From: a bacterium
GTDB taxonomy: Bacteria > SAR324 > NAC60-12
Length of the DNA stretch: 64,000 nt
NCBI GenBank assembly: GCA_965205865.1
Contig: CBDBHR010000028.1
Span: 1 to 64,000, forward strand
Direction of reading: 5' to 3'
Shown: positions 1 through 11,200 of the stretch, piece after piece
Numbering within the stretch: position 1 is the stretch's first letter
Layout: the number at the start of each line of letters is the position of its first letter
Position numbers and translations under genes: made by a program
Notes under the pieces: generated by a model
The model's database searches: none
The model's input: the letters and a program-made list of their open reading frames with translations, nothing else
Told to the model about the DNA's origin: nothing

Positions 1-2479
1 AAAGAAAAACGCATGGATGGGCTGATCTGAAATTTTTTTCATCGCAGGTTCATCCTCGGCAGAAGCATTGCCCGAAATAGAACGCACCAGCGCCAATTCA
101 GAACGGTCAATGTCAGAGAAACGCAAATGGGGCAGTGCCACTCCATCTGCTGCGGGAGTCATCCCGACTTCACTGCCTTCCAGGAAACCCGCTTCCAGAT
201 CTTCAGTACGGATGGACAATCGCTTCGACATTTCGGCCGAGACTTTTTGCGCAACCGTCTCAAAACTCATTGCGGTGGTAAGATCAAGCACGAGGGCTTG
301 ATCGACAAGTGTGTCAAAGGGGTCTTTCTCCGTCGTTGCTCTTTTCTTGATAATTCCTCGTAATTCGCGATCCAACTCATCGGTTTTCCTCCGTCGCATG
401 CGTTCTACCAATTGAAATATTGAACCTCCCTGAATGGCTTTACGACGGGCTGCCACCATAAACACCTCGCGGGCTTTTTTGATCGCGGGTGTCAAGCCTA
501 CAAAAAGCACGTAGTCTTTTTCATAGATGATAGTATCCCCTCGCGGAACCAGGAATTTTTTTTCACGGATGACGGCCGCGGCAATACATTCCATGGGAAG
601 CTGAATATTTTTTAGAACTTTTCCAATCACCTCCGCATTTTTTTCAACGAAAACCCCGGCAAGACTGCCTTCACCCCCACCCAATTCGAAGAGTTCAGCG
701 ATTCCAGGGCGTTCCAGGTAATTTTCCACCATGATTGCGCTGGCTTTGGGGGTACTGATGGCCACTACATTGTTTTCTTCCAAGAGAGGAACATAATCCG
801 AATCAATGACAAGGGATATCACCAAGGAAGCGCCCAGGCGTTTGGCTTGCAGGGAAGCCACCACATTTTGGTTGTCATTATTCAATGCGGCAATCACCAC
901 GTCCATCTGCTTCAGCTCTATTTGTTCCAGCAATCCTTTGTCGGTTCCGTCTCCCTGGTATATGGGAACATTGTAATGCTGTTCCAACTCATGACAACGC
1001 CGCTCATCTTTTTCAACAAAGGTTACTTGATGTTCTGCTGAGCGAAAAATAGCACGTTGCTCGTCCTTCATTAAGAGCTGATTGGCAACACTTTTACCAA
1101 GCCTTCCACCTCCGATAATAAGCACTCGCATACGTTTTCTCCTTCTTGAAACAACCCACCTTTTCAAGCGGGCATAAACATGATCGTACAATTTACGGAG
1201 TTCACTGCGGTTGGCAGGCTGCAGCAAGTAAACGCCTGCCCCGACCAGCGTCATGATCCCTCCCAGAATGAGGCTTCTCTGCTCCAGGGCCAGCACAAAA
1301 AGCCAGCATGAAACCGCACCCAAGAGGGGAATCCATGGGAAAAAAAAAGTTTTGAACGGACGTCTCAAATTGGGCATTTTTTTATGAAGCGCAATCACTG
1401 TACAGTTAACAATGCCCACTCCCATCAGATAGCCGAAGTCAGCGACGGATGCAACAAATTTGATGATTCCTGTGGCACTGACCAACATGATCATCAGTGC
1501 GCAAATGAAAAGAGCAATGTAAGGGGTTTGATAACGTGGATGAAGGGCTGCAAAAAAAAGGGGGAAATGGCGATCTCGCCCCAAAGCGTACAATACTCGA
1601 CCACTGGCGCCCAAAGTGACGGAGAAAGCGGAAAGACTGGCCATTATTGTTGCTACAATGGCTGCCCAACGTCCCCAGGCGCCCACAATGCGCTCGGCAG
1701 CATAAATAAAAGGGACTTCGCTTTCTGCCAACTCCGTATAATGGACGGTCGCCATCATGATCCCCACTACAAACACATATATCCCTATCCCGACCGCAAC
1801 CGTGATGAGGATGGCGCGTGGGATCGTTTTACCAGGATTGATAATTTCTTCAGAAGCATCCGCAATGAGATCGAAACCTGCATAGGAAATGTAAATCAAG
1901 GCCATAGCAGGAATGAATCCCTCGAATCCCAACGGGGCTAATGGTTGCAGGTTGGGAAGTTCCACTTTGGAAATACCCAGCAAGGCAATCATTAAAAGTA
2001 CAGCCAATTCTACCAGGTTCATGAGGATGATGACTTTGATCGATTCCGACATGCCACGTAAGTTAACGGCGGTGAAGATCAGGGGTGGTCAGAGAAGTCA
2101 ACAGAATGATGTTGGCTTCCGGCCAGAAATAAGCCCGGATGGTCAGAGCAAAAATGATGACATACATTGCGCAGGCGGCTGTGTTTCCTACCCAAAGGAA
2201 CCATCCAGTAAAAAATGAAATCGGTTTGGGAAGAGTTCGACTGGCAAAAGAATAGCCGCCACCAGCAATCGGAATTGCCGCGCCGAGTACACTATAATTC
2301 AGAGCAATAACGAGAGCCAATCCCCCCATGGCCAGGTAAACAAAAATTCCCAAAGGGCCCACCATATGAGCCAATTCACCAGGTAACGCGAAAACCCCGG
2401 GACCAATCATCGCGCCAATACCAATCATCACTGCCATGAACAATCCCAAATTTCTTTTGAACTCTACTCTCTCTTTCAT
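1..2479 (-). pseudogene. APC-family amino acid permease fused to TrkA-N/TrkA-C (RCK) and PTS EIIA(Fru/Ntr)-like domains; one +1 frameshift; runs off the window
   Basis: ORF 2063..2479 has an APC N-terminus (GAMIGPGVF, AGGGYSF). Removing one G from GGGG at 2082-2085 joins it to a frame read by hand through to position 1, with GFDLIADASEEIINPGKTIPRAI, then MRVLIIGGGRLG (TrkA-N), VIREKKFLVPRGDT (TrkA-C) and DGVALPHLR (EIIA). The frameshift could be a sequencing error. Confidence 0.85.
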
Positions 2480-2863
2480 CTGTTTTACGGGAAAGGAAGG
2501 AATCGCCTGAAGATTGAAAATCTACCGCAGGAGATTGAAAAAAAACACCAGTGCAACAAATTAAGGGGTATTCAGATTATTCCCACGATTTTCAAGGGAA
2601 CGCCGATTCGATCGCTTCGCAGTCTGAAGAAACGCAAGGCGTCTGCATATGCATTCTGCAGAAAAGCGACGGAACGATTAGGCGTGCGGCAAACCGCGGG
2701 GAAACATTTTCGACAAGATCAAAGTATCATGAATTGGCAAGCGCAGATACATTTCAACTGCCAAACAACAAGGCAAATCTCCAATAAGAGCTTGCCGGAA
2801 AAAAGGCAATCAAATTTTGCCAGGGCAGGATTGGTACTGTTTCCGAAGAGTTCGACGGCACGC

Positions 2864-2892
2864 TTGACAACCCTGGGATTGATGCTATTAAT
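2864..2892 (+). promoter_or_regulatory. putative sigma70 promoter of the aldolase gene
   Basis: TTGACA at 2864 followed 16-17 nt later by TATTAAT; AAGGAG RBS before ATG 2936. Confidence 0.4.
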
Positions 2893-2935
2893 GACTATAT
2901 GAGCGTATCAAAAAATCTCAATTATAAGGAGTATC

Positions 2936-3829
2936 ATGAGCAATCACGAACAACAACTCGAACAATTTAAAAATAAAGCTGGATTCATTGCGGCACTCGA
3001 CCAAAGCGGTGGCAGCACTCCCAAGGCGCTCCGCCTCTATGGCGTTAACGAAAATGCATGGTCCGGCGAAGGAGATATGTACACCCTCGTCCACCAAATG
3101 AGAACACGCATCATCAGCAGTCCGCAATTCACGGGTGAAAGAATTCTGGGTTCCATACTGTTCGAAAATACAATGGACCGGGACATCGGAGGTATGGCCT
3201 CGGCAGATTATTTATGGAATGTGAAACAGGTGGCGCCGATTCTCAAAATTGACAAAGGGTTGGCAGAAGATCAAGACGGGAGCCAAGTGATGAAACCCAT
3301 GCCGACTCTGGACGCACTGTTGGAAAAAGCGAAGTCGAAAGGAATTTTTGGTACGAAGATGCGCTCCGTCATCAAACAGGCTGACCCGGCAGGAGTGACT
3401 GCCGTCGCCAAGCAGCAATTCGAAATCGGCCGACGTATCCTCAATAGCGGTCTGGTACCCATTCTCGAGCCGGAAATAGATATTCACTGTCCGAACAAGG
3501 CAAAAGCGGAGATGTTACTGAAAAAAGAGATTCTCAACGGACTGGATCAATTGGGCGAGGGACAACTCGTGATGTTCAAGTTGACATTGCCTGAAGAAGA
3601 CAATTTTTATTTAGACTGTATCGACCATCCAAATGTTCTGAGAGTGGTCGCCCTATCCGGCGGTTACAGTCGAGAAGAAGCCAATGCGAGGCTGGCGCGA
3701 CAAAATCGGATGATTGCGAGTTTCTCACGTGCGTTAACGGAAGGCTTGACTGCTCAACAATCCGATGAGGAATTCAATGCGATGCTGGGCGCCTCTATTG
3801 AAAGCATATATCAAGCTTCTAAAACCTGA
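2936..3829 (+). CDS. fda: fructose-bisphosphate aldolase class I
   Basis: GFIAALDQSGGSTPKAL, FGTKMRSVI, PILEPE and VALSGGYSR motifs. Confidence 0.95.
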   Translation: MSNHEQQLEQFKNKAGFIAALDQSGGSTPKALRLYGVNENAWSGEGDMYTLVHQMRTRIISSPQFTGERILGSILFENTMDRDIGGMASADYLWNVKQVAPILKIDKGLAEDQDGSQVMKPMPTLDALLEKAKSKGIFGTKMRSVIKQADPAGVTAVAKQQFEIGRRILNSGLVPILEPEIDIHCPNKAKAEMLLKKEILNGLDQLGEGQLVMFKLTLPEEDNFYLDCIDHPNVLRVVALSGGYSREEANARLARQNRMIASFSRALTEGLTAQQSDEEFNAMLGASIESIYQASKT

Positions 3830-3886
3830 TCTCCCCCTGGCAGCCAGAATAAGCCTTTTTCCAACCATACTGACAAAAGGAACGAT

Positions 3887-4806
3887 ATGAAACTGAAACT
3901 TGGAATTCACACAGGTCCCACAGGATCTCTCCATGGAGGAACTTCAACGAATTTGGCGCCGCGCGGAGGAAGCAGGTTTTCACTGGGTCTCAGTTTGGGA
4001 TCACTTTTATGCCAATCCACTCCAATCACGAGAAAATCCTTGTTTCGAAGCTGTTGCGGCGATGGCGGCACTTGCGGCATCAACTCAAAAAGTGAGAGTA
4101 GGTTGTCTGGTTTTTTGCGCCTTGTTTCGCAATCCGGGGCTTTTGGCAAAAGCCGCAATCCACCATCGACCATATTTCTCGAGGACGTGCTGAAATTGGC
4201 ATAGGAGCTGGTTGGTTTGAGGAAGAATTTCAGGATTTTGGATATAGTTTCCCGCGTGTGGGCAAGCGCCTGGATCAGTTAGAGGAGGTGCTGCGGATCA
4301 TCCATTCATTGTGGCATGATCCCGTCACCAACTTCAAAGGCAATTATTATAACATCACCGACGCTGTCGCCAGTCCCAAGCCCTACAACCCAAAAATACG
4401 GTTGTGGGTAGGAGGAAAAGGTAAAGTAAGAACTCCTCAATTTGCGGCAAAGTATGCAGGTGGCTTCAATATTCCGTACGTCTCACCCGAGACTGTCAAG
4501 GATCGACTGCAAAGGCTTGGGAGAGCCTGTGAGAAAATAGGAAGAGATCCGGCTGAATTGGAAACAAGCACCAATGTCGGGTTTTTCATGAATTCCGGTA
4601 AAGGAGATGCCACTCCACTCGTTGAGATTCCGGCAAACATTGCCTCCGGCGTGATTTCAGGCTCTCCCCAACAAGCAATCGATCGCATTGGTCAATACGC
4701 CGAGACCGGCATTAATGGGCTAAATATTGCGTTTCGTCCGCCAATAAACTGGGATGCATTTGAGAGCTATATTGAAGAAGTAATGCCGGTCTTTCTGCAG
4801 AAATGA
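3887..4806 (+). pseudogene. LLM-class (luciferase-like, probably F420-dependent) oxidoreductase with two +1 frameshifts
   Basis: Three frames join after removing one C near 3917 and one near 4160: MKLKLGIHTGPQ..VWDHF..FRNPGLLAKAAITIDHISRGRAEIGIGAGWFEEEF..LWVGGKG. Confidence 0.85.
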
Positions 4807-4858
4807 AAGTTGACGGGGCCATTGCCGTATCCTTGAAAAAATTCCGAGAATCAGAAAT

Positions 4859-5326
4859 ATGATGATTCCATTCAACCTACATATCCTGGAAAAGTGCTAT
4901 ACGTTTGGTTGCGCAGCATATCCGGAAGAAGCATGTGGCATGATCAGCGGAAAAGTGGACATTGATAATCATCTCGACCAAGTGCATTCCATGAAAAATG
5001 TCATGAATGATTATCACGCAGAAAATCCTGACTTGTACCCCCGTACCAACCGCAATGCCTATATGATCGATCCGCTACAACAAATCAAACTGGAACGTGA
5101 TTTAAAAAAGCAGCAATGCCGCGTCAAAATCATCTTCCATACGCATCCCGACGTGGGGGCTTATTTCTCCGACAAAGACAAGGAAGATGCCTTGTGGAAT
5201 GGAGAACCAAGACATCCTGATCTCCATTACCTGATCTGCGGCATCAAGAATGGCAAACGAGACGGCGCTGTTCTCGTCATGTTCAATCTGAAAACAAAAA
5301 ACTTTGACATCACTCGAATTGATTGA
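4859..5326 (+). CDS. JAB/MPN+ (M67, Mec-like) metallopeptidase
   Basis: YPEEACG and FHTHPDVGAYFSDKD match the JAMM motif E...HxH-x7-S-x2-D. Confidence 0.9.
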   Translation: MMIPFNLHILEKCYTFGCAAYPEEACGMISGKVDIDNHLDQVHSMKNVMNDYHAENPDLYPRTNRNAYMIDPLQQIKLERDLKKQQCRVKIIFHTHPDVGAYFSDKDKEDALWNGEPRHPDLHYLICGIKNGKRDGAVLVMFNLKTKNFDITRID

Positions 5327-7122
5327 TCACCTCATTCCAGACCTTATATGAACAAGACCCCGCTTTCCCTTTTCCTCTTCCGCGAAATCCATTTCCCGAC
5401 AAATCAAGACGTCAAGCAGAGCCAGTCAGCGGACCTTTTTCAATCACGGCCACCATCCCCACACTTGACGAAATCATCGATTGGCAAGAGGGTCATTGCA
5501 ATTTTAACTTCGGGTATTACCGGATAATCGACAATCCCCAATTGCGCAGGATTCAAGAGGGTTTGCAATTTCATTATCAGATTCGTCATTGTTTGCTTTA
5601 TACGTCTTTTAAATCTGCCGCATTGGAATTGTTGGACTATCTGCTTCTCGCGAAACCTCAGATGAGGCTCAAAGTGGTTACAGACTTGGCAGCCGGAGCG
5701 CCTTTTTCCATCAAGGCCTCTCTCTCCGCATTGAATACCAAGATTTTCCCGGTAACGCCTGCCCAACTTAAATCACTGCATCCTTTCTCCAAAGAAAAAG
5801 ACGAACTGTTGCTCGTCAATGTCCGGGATCCTTTTGTTTTTATGGAAACTCATGAATGTTTTTTACAGGAAGTAAAATCCTACCGAATCCCCATCCTAAT
5901 GCTTTCAGGAGGATTTCCTGAAAAACAATGGCCCTCCAGTCTGGTCAACTATTGGGTTTTTCCATTAAACCAAGCGAACCAAGCGATCAATGCGGGAGTC
6001 CTTCTCAGCAATCTGGATCGTCAGATGGAAGAGTTGAAAACATTTCGTATTCAGCGGGGACCAGTCCTTTCGATCCGGGATGCTGCTCATTTTTTGGGGG
6101 AATTGGAAGCGACGTCGCATTCTCATAAAGAGGAATTGATTCAACAATTTTGTGAAATGGAAAACGCGCGTTATGGCTTTTTGTTTCCTTCCGGTATGCA
6201 AGCGATCAGCACCCTTTTGAATCTGTTGAGGCGTCCGGGAAAAGCGCAAATCATTGCAGTCGGCCATCTTTATACCGACACTTATGCGATCTTGACTCAT
6301 GCCAAGCAGCGGGTACCTGTAGAGAATCATTTTATCGGAGTGGATGATATGGCCCGATTTCCAGACGCCATGAGCGACCAAACCGCAGCCATCATAACCG
6401 AAACCATTACAAATCCACTCAATGACGTGCCGGACTTGGAAGCGATTCTCGATAGGGCCCGACCGCGTCAAATTCCGGTGATTGTCGACAATACTTTTGC
6501 AACTCCCAGCAACTGTAAGCCACTCAATCTGGGAGTAGATTTAGTGTTACACAGCACCACTAAATTTTTCAACGGAATGAACGATCATGCAGGCGGAGTG
6601 GTCTTGCTGAATGATGCGGAAATGGCAACTCGAATCAGAAAATACCAGCAGCAATGGGGTAATGAGCTTTCTTCCCTGGAGAGTGCTGTTTTGTGGGAGC
6701 GGATGCAGGATTTTGAGGAACGGATGCGACGCTTCCGGAAAAATGCAATGCAAGTGGCGGATTTTCTTCAGCAACATCCCGGCATAGCCAGGTTATACTT
6801 TCACAAATTGCCCTCGCATCGCAGCTATCACGTTTCACAACGTTTGCTAAAAGGTCCCGGCAGTGTGATGAGCTTTACTTTGAAACGTTCTGGGTTGGAA
6901 GGACTGCGCCATTTTTATGATGCTCCGCTTCCCCATATTTTAAAAGCCCCCAGTCTGGGATCAAATAAAACGATCCTCTGTCCATATACTCTGTTAGCCC
7001 ACTTTCATGAGTCTGATGAAAGCTTGGATGCAATTGGACTCCCTCGTTATTTGATCCGGCTCTCCGTAGGATGCGAGCAGCAGATTAAGCCGGTCATTGA
7101 GTCATTGGATCAAGCCTTGTAA
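5323..7122 (+). CDS. PLP-dependent Cys/Met metabolism enzyme (cystathionine gamma-synthase-like) with a long N-terminal extra domain
   Basis: FPSGMQAI, ETITNP, VDNTFATP, HSTTKFFNG (PLP lysine), APSLG, LIRLSVGCE; 4-nt overlap with the JAB gene. Confidence 0.88.
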   Translation: MITSFQTLYEQDPAFPFPLPRNPFPDKSRRQAEPVSGPFSITATIPTLDEIIDWQEGHCNFNFGYYRIIDNPQLRRIQEGLQFHYQIRHCLLYTSFKSAALELLDYLLLAKPQMRLKVVTDLAAGAPFSIKASLSALNTKIFPVTPAQLKSLHPFSKEKDELLLVNVRDPFVFMETHECFLQEVKSYRIPILMLSGGFPEKQWPSSLVNYWVFPLNQANQAINAGVLLSNLDRQMEELKTFRIQRGPVLSIRDAAHFLGELEATSHSHKEELIQQFCEMENARYGFLFPSGMQAISTLLNLLRRPGKAQIIAVGHLYTDTYAILTHAKQRVPVENHFIGVDDMARFPDAMSDQTAAIITETITNPLNDVPDLEAILDRARPRQIPVIVDNTFATPSNCKPLNLGVDLVLHSTTKFFNGMNDHAGGVVLLNDAEMATRIRKYQQQWGNELSSLESAVLWERMQDFEERMRRFRKNAMQVADFLQQHPGIARLYFHKLPSHRSYHVSQRLLKGPGSVMSFTLKRSGLEGLRHFYDAPLPHILKAPSLGSNKTILCPYTLLAHFHESDESLDAIGLPRYLIRLSVGCEQQIKPVIESLDQAL

Positions 7123-7201
7123 GTGTACATCGGAAAACTAAACACACTCACAACCCTTTTCCTTTTTTCTGGAAAAATCATTGGGTAAAATTTAAGCATA
7201 A

Positions 7202-7225
7202 ATCACTATATTTACATTTAGTGAT
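7202..7225. promoter_or_regulatory. inverted repeat, candidate operator upstream of the sahR-like/metH operon
   Basis: ATCACTA-N10-TAGTGAT; a second weak dyad TTCA-N6-TGAA lies near 7238-7251. Confidence 0.4.
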
Positions 7226-7283
7226 ACAATAGATATATTCAGTGCTTTGAAGGATAAAACTATAACACGACCAGGCCGTCACC

Positions 7284-8207
7284 GTGGAAAGAGTAAGCCA
7301 AGCGATTCGAGTTATCGGGGATGAAACACGATTGAGAATTCTCAATCTGACAGCCCGGGTACCACTGAATGTGAGTGAATTGACATCCATCTTAGGACTG
7401 GCGCAATCCGGGGTTTCCAGGCACTTGAGTCATTTAAAACAACAGGGATTGTTGACGGAGCGGAAAAATGGCGTGTGGAGTTACTATCAATTGATTGATG
7501 CCAAAGGTCTTGATCCTGAGTTGAAGCTACTTTGGAATTTTCTGCAAGAACAATTATTGGCATTGCAAGATCCGTTTCGGGATGAAGTTCGACTGAAAGA
7601 AATATTACGCCAGCGGGAAGACAGTATTTCTGGCTTAAACGAACGGTTGTTGGAACCAGGACAGTCTTGGTTGACTTGGTCACGAACATTGGGTTTTTTC
7701 ATGCCCGGCCTGGATGTGGTCGATCTGGGATGCGGCGATGGTACGATAACTGCGGAAATGGCGCGATTTGCCCATTCGGTGATTGCGGTAGACAACAATG
7801 CCAGGGTCTTGGCAGAAGCCCGAGAGCGGATGAACCGTCAAAATCTCAAAGCAGTCAAGTTTCTGGAAGAACGAATCGAAGCCTTATCCATTCCTTCCGA
7901 CTCCGTTGATTTCGCCCTGTTTGCCCAGTCCCTACATCACCTGCAAGAACCTCGGATTGGATTGGCTGAAGCAGTGCGCATATTAAAACCGGGAGGGCGT
8001 TTGGCGGTGATGGAGTTGGCTCCACATCAGGAGGAATGGGTCCGTGAAAAACTAGGACACGTCTGGCTGGGGTTTGAGCAGGATGTATTACGTGAGATGA
8101 TGACCGGATCGAATTTACAGTCTATTGTCGTGGAAAGCAATCCCCAACGGTGGGGAGAAGTATTCCGAGTTATTTTGGCCAGCGGGGTGAAACACTATCA
8201 AACATAA
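7284..8207 (+). CDS. sahR: ArsR-family regulator fused to a SAM-methyltransferase domain (SahR-like)
   Basis: ArsR HTH (DETRLRIL..QSGVSRHL) plus VVDLGCGDG and RILKPGG; lies directly upstream of metH. Confidence 0.85.
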   Translation: MERVSQAIRVIGDETRLRILNLTARVPLNVSELTSILGLAQSGVSRHLSHLKQQGLLTERKNGVWSYYQLIDAKGLDPELKLLWNFLQEQLLALQDPFRDEVRLKEILRQREDSISGLNERLLEPGQSWLTWSRTLGFFMPGLDVVDLGCGDGTITAEMARFAHSVIAVDNNARVLAEARERMNRQNLKAVKFLEERIEALSIPSDSVDFALFAQSLHHLQEPRIGLAEAVRILKPGGRLAVMELAPHQEEWVREKLGHVWLGFEQDVLREMMTGSNLQSIVVESNPQRWGEVFRVILASGVKHYQT

Positions 8208-8214
8208 AAATATC

Positions 8215-11200
8215 ATGCAATTTTTAGACGCATTAAAATCCCAGGTCATTGTGCTGGATGGCGCTATGGGCACAATGATCCAGAACTTGGGGCTCCATGA
8301 TGCGGATTTTGGCGGTTCTGCATTTCGCATGTTGACCGATCTGTTGAATTTTTCGCAGCCTGATGCTGTAAAAAACATCCATCTAGACTATTTTCGAGCA
8401 GGAGCCAATGCTGTGGAAACAAACACTTTTGGCTCAAGTCCCTTGAGGCTGGGAGATTTCGACTTTAAAAAGATCGATACAAGCGCCTTTCAACGCATCC
8501 CCTATGATCTGGATCTGGTCAAATTGTCTTTCGAAGAGCTCGCGTACTATTCCAGCCTCATTGGCGCCCAGATAGCGCGCATGGCATTGGAAGAGCATCA
8601 GGACTCTGAGGAATATGACAGCCGGCCATTGTTTGTTCTGGGTTCCATTGGTCCTTCCAATTGGGTGTTGTCAAGCACGACGGCCAACTTGAACAAAGGG
8701 AATTGGGATCAAGTTGAGGCAAATTTTTATCACCAAATACGGGGATTGCTGGCAGGTGGGGTGGATGCGCTCCTCTTCGAAACGCAGCAGGACATTTTAG
8801 AAGTTAAAGCAGCAGTGGCCGGAGGGTTGAGGGCGATGGCGGAAAAAGGGATTCGGCTCCCTATCATGGTTCAGGTGACTGTTGACGAATTTTGTAAAAT
8901 GCAAATTTTCAACACGGATATTCATGCTGCGCTTACCACCGTTCAAGACATCGGCATCGATGTTTTTGGCATCAATTGCTCCATTGGTCCGGACTTGATG
9001 ATTCCCACTGTGGAAAAAATCTCTCGTTACTGCAAATTACCGATTTCAGTCGTACCCAATGCAGGACTGCCCGTCTCTGAAAATGGCCAAACCGTATACA
9101 AAGTGGGCCCTCAATCCATTGCTGAACAGTTACGAATGTTTGTTGAAAAACATGGCGTCAACCTCATCGGTGGATGTTGCGGTACGACGCCGGAACACAT
9201 TCGAGCAATAGCGGATGCCGTTGATGGCAAACAGCCTGCCAACCGAATAATTGAGCAAGGTGACTATGTTTCCGGGGCCCAAAACGCGATCTTAGTGGAC
9301 GGAACGGAGAATTTGATTCGAATTGGAGAGCGTCTCAATGTGCGAGGGTCCCAAAAAGTGAGGGAAGCGGTTGAAAATGAAAACCAGGCAATCAATTACG
9401 ATGTATTGGAAGAGGTGGTCAATGAGCAAGTCAAGGAATTGGGCGTATCGATCGTTGACATTTGTATGGATTCCAATCTGGTGGATACTGTGGAAACCCT
9501 TCCGCGAGTGATTCAACATTTGACGACGGATTTTTCCGGAGTATTTTGTCTGGACTCGTTCGATGTGGCTGCATTGACGGAAGCCATCAAAGTCTATCCT
9601 GGCAGACCAATCATCAATTCCATTTCCATGGAAGAATATCAAACGGGGCTGAGCAAAGTGGATGCCTTGGTACCGCTTACAAAATTCCACCATCCGCTCT
9701 ACATTTGTCTGGCAACGGGTCCTAAAGGACCTGGTTTGACTGTTGAAGACAAATGTGATTTGGCCCAACAGATTGTGGAGAGTTGCGCCAAACATGGAGT
9801 GACACCCGATCAATTGCTCGTTGACATCAATGCCTTCCCCATCGGAGCAGAGTCGGTGGAAGGCGCAAATTTTGCTGTTGAGTCTTTGAACGCGATTCCC
9901 CGCATCAAATCTATCCATCCCGATCTGCGGACTACCATCGGCGTGGGAAACTTGACCAATGGATTGGCCAAAAAGCCTTACATGCGAGTGGTCCTCACCT
10001 CCGTGTTTCTTGATGAAGCTCGCAGAAAGGGGCTGGACGCAGCCATTGTCAATCCCAATCACTATGTTCCTGTGGAAAGCCTCGATGCCCCTGACTATCA
10101 ATTGGGATTGAAAATTATTCTGGAACGCGACATGGAGGCTTTTGAGACATTGGAGGAGATCGCACAAGCCAAACGGGGGAAAATTAAGGCGCGTCGCAGC
10201 AATTACAAGGATTTGCCCTTAATCACTGCAGTCTCTGAAAAAATAAAGGATGGATTTAAAGAACGGATTCCCGGAAAATTGGAAGTGGAGGGAATGACAT
10301 TTGATTATCAGGATAAAATTGTCCTTCAAGTCAGAGAAATCATTCAGGATATTGCTCCACTGGATTTGATCAATGATTACCTGATGGTGGCCATGCAGGA
10401 TTTGGGAGATGGTTTTGGTCGTGGGGAGGTCTCACTCCCTCATTTGCTCAAGTCTGCAGACGTGATGAAGCAGGTCATGAGTTTCTTGGAAACTTACATG
10501 AAAAAAAAGGCGGGGGTGGATATCAAGGAAGGGATTAGCTCACAGGGAACCATCGTGCTCGGAACCGTCTATCAAGATGTACACAGTATAGGAAAAGATT
10601 TAGCCAAGACCCTTTTTGAGAATTATGGTTACCGTGTTATTGATTTGGGTGTGCAGGTTCCTCTGGAAAAATACCTGACCACGGCACAGGCTGAAAAAGC
10701 CGATGCCATCGGTTTGAGTGCCTTGCTTGTGCAAACATCCAATCACATGATCACGGTGGTGAAGATGATGAAAGATGCCGACATGACCATTCCTGTTCTC
10801 ATTGGAGGCGCACCTGTCAGTAAAAGGCATGCCGGGTATGTAGCGATGGCAGGACAAGAAGACCTGGATGAAATCAAGGAGGATGTTTTTTATTGTCAAT
10901 CCGGGATGGACGGAGTGAATGTCATGAAACTCTTGCAGTCGGAGAATCGGGAAACGTTCACTCAAAGAAATGCCGAGGAGCTGAAAAAGTATTATTTGCG
11001 CGCCAAACAGCAAAACGAAAAGTTGGAATCGTTGTTGGCAACGTTACCCCGTCGAAAAGTGCCATTTGAGGATTATCAGGCCCCTGCTGTCACTTATTGC
11101 CTCGAAAGCATCTACCTTCCTCTTCCTGAGCTTTCCCTGGATACGAAAACGCTCTATGCTCTCAATTGGAAGCTTGGACGAAAAAGTGCTTGGGAAAAAA

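Noticed and set aside
2082-4165. Programmed frameshifting or phase variation in the APC and LLM genes
   Set aside because: The runs are only 2-4 nt with no slippery heptamer; mutation or sequencing error is simpler
7123-7283. SAM or cobalamin riboswitch before sahR-metH
   Set aside because: Short AT-rich spacer with no recognisable aptamer motifs
9292-10167. Long antisense ORFs (also 39372-40205, 47360-48190, 56841-57617)
   Set aside because: Shadow frames opposite well-supported genes, with no recognisable motifs
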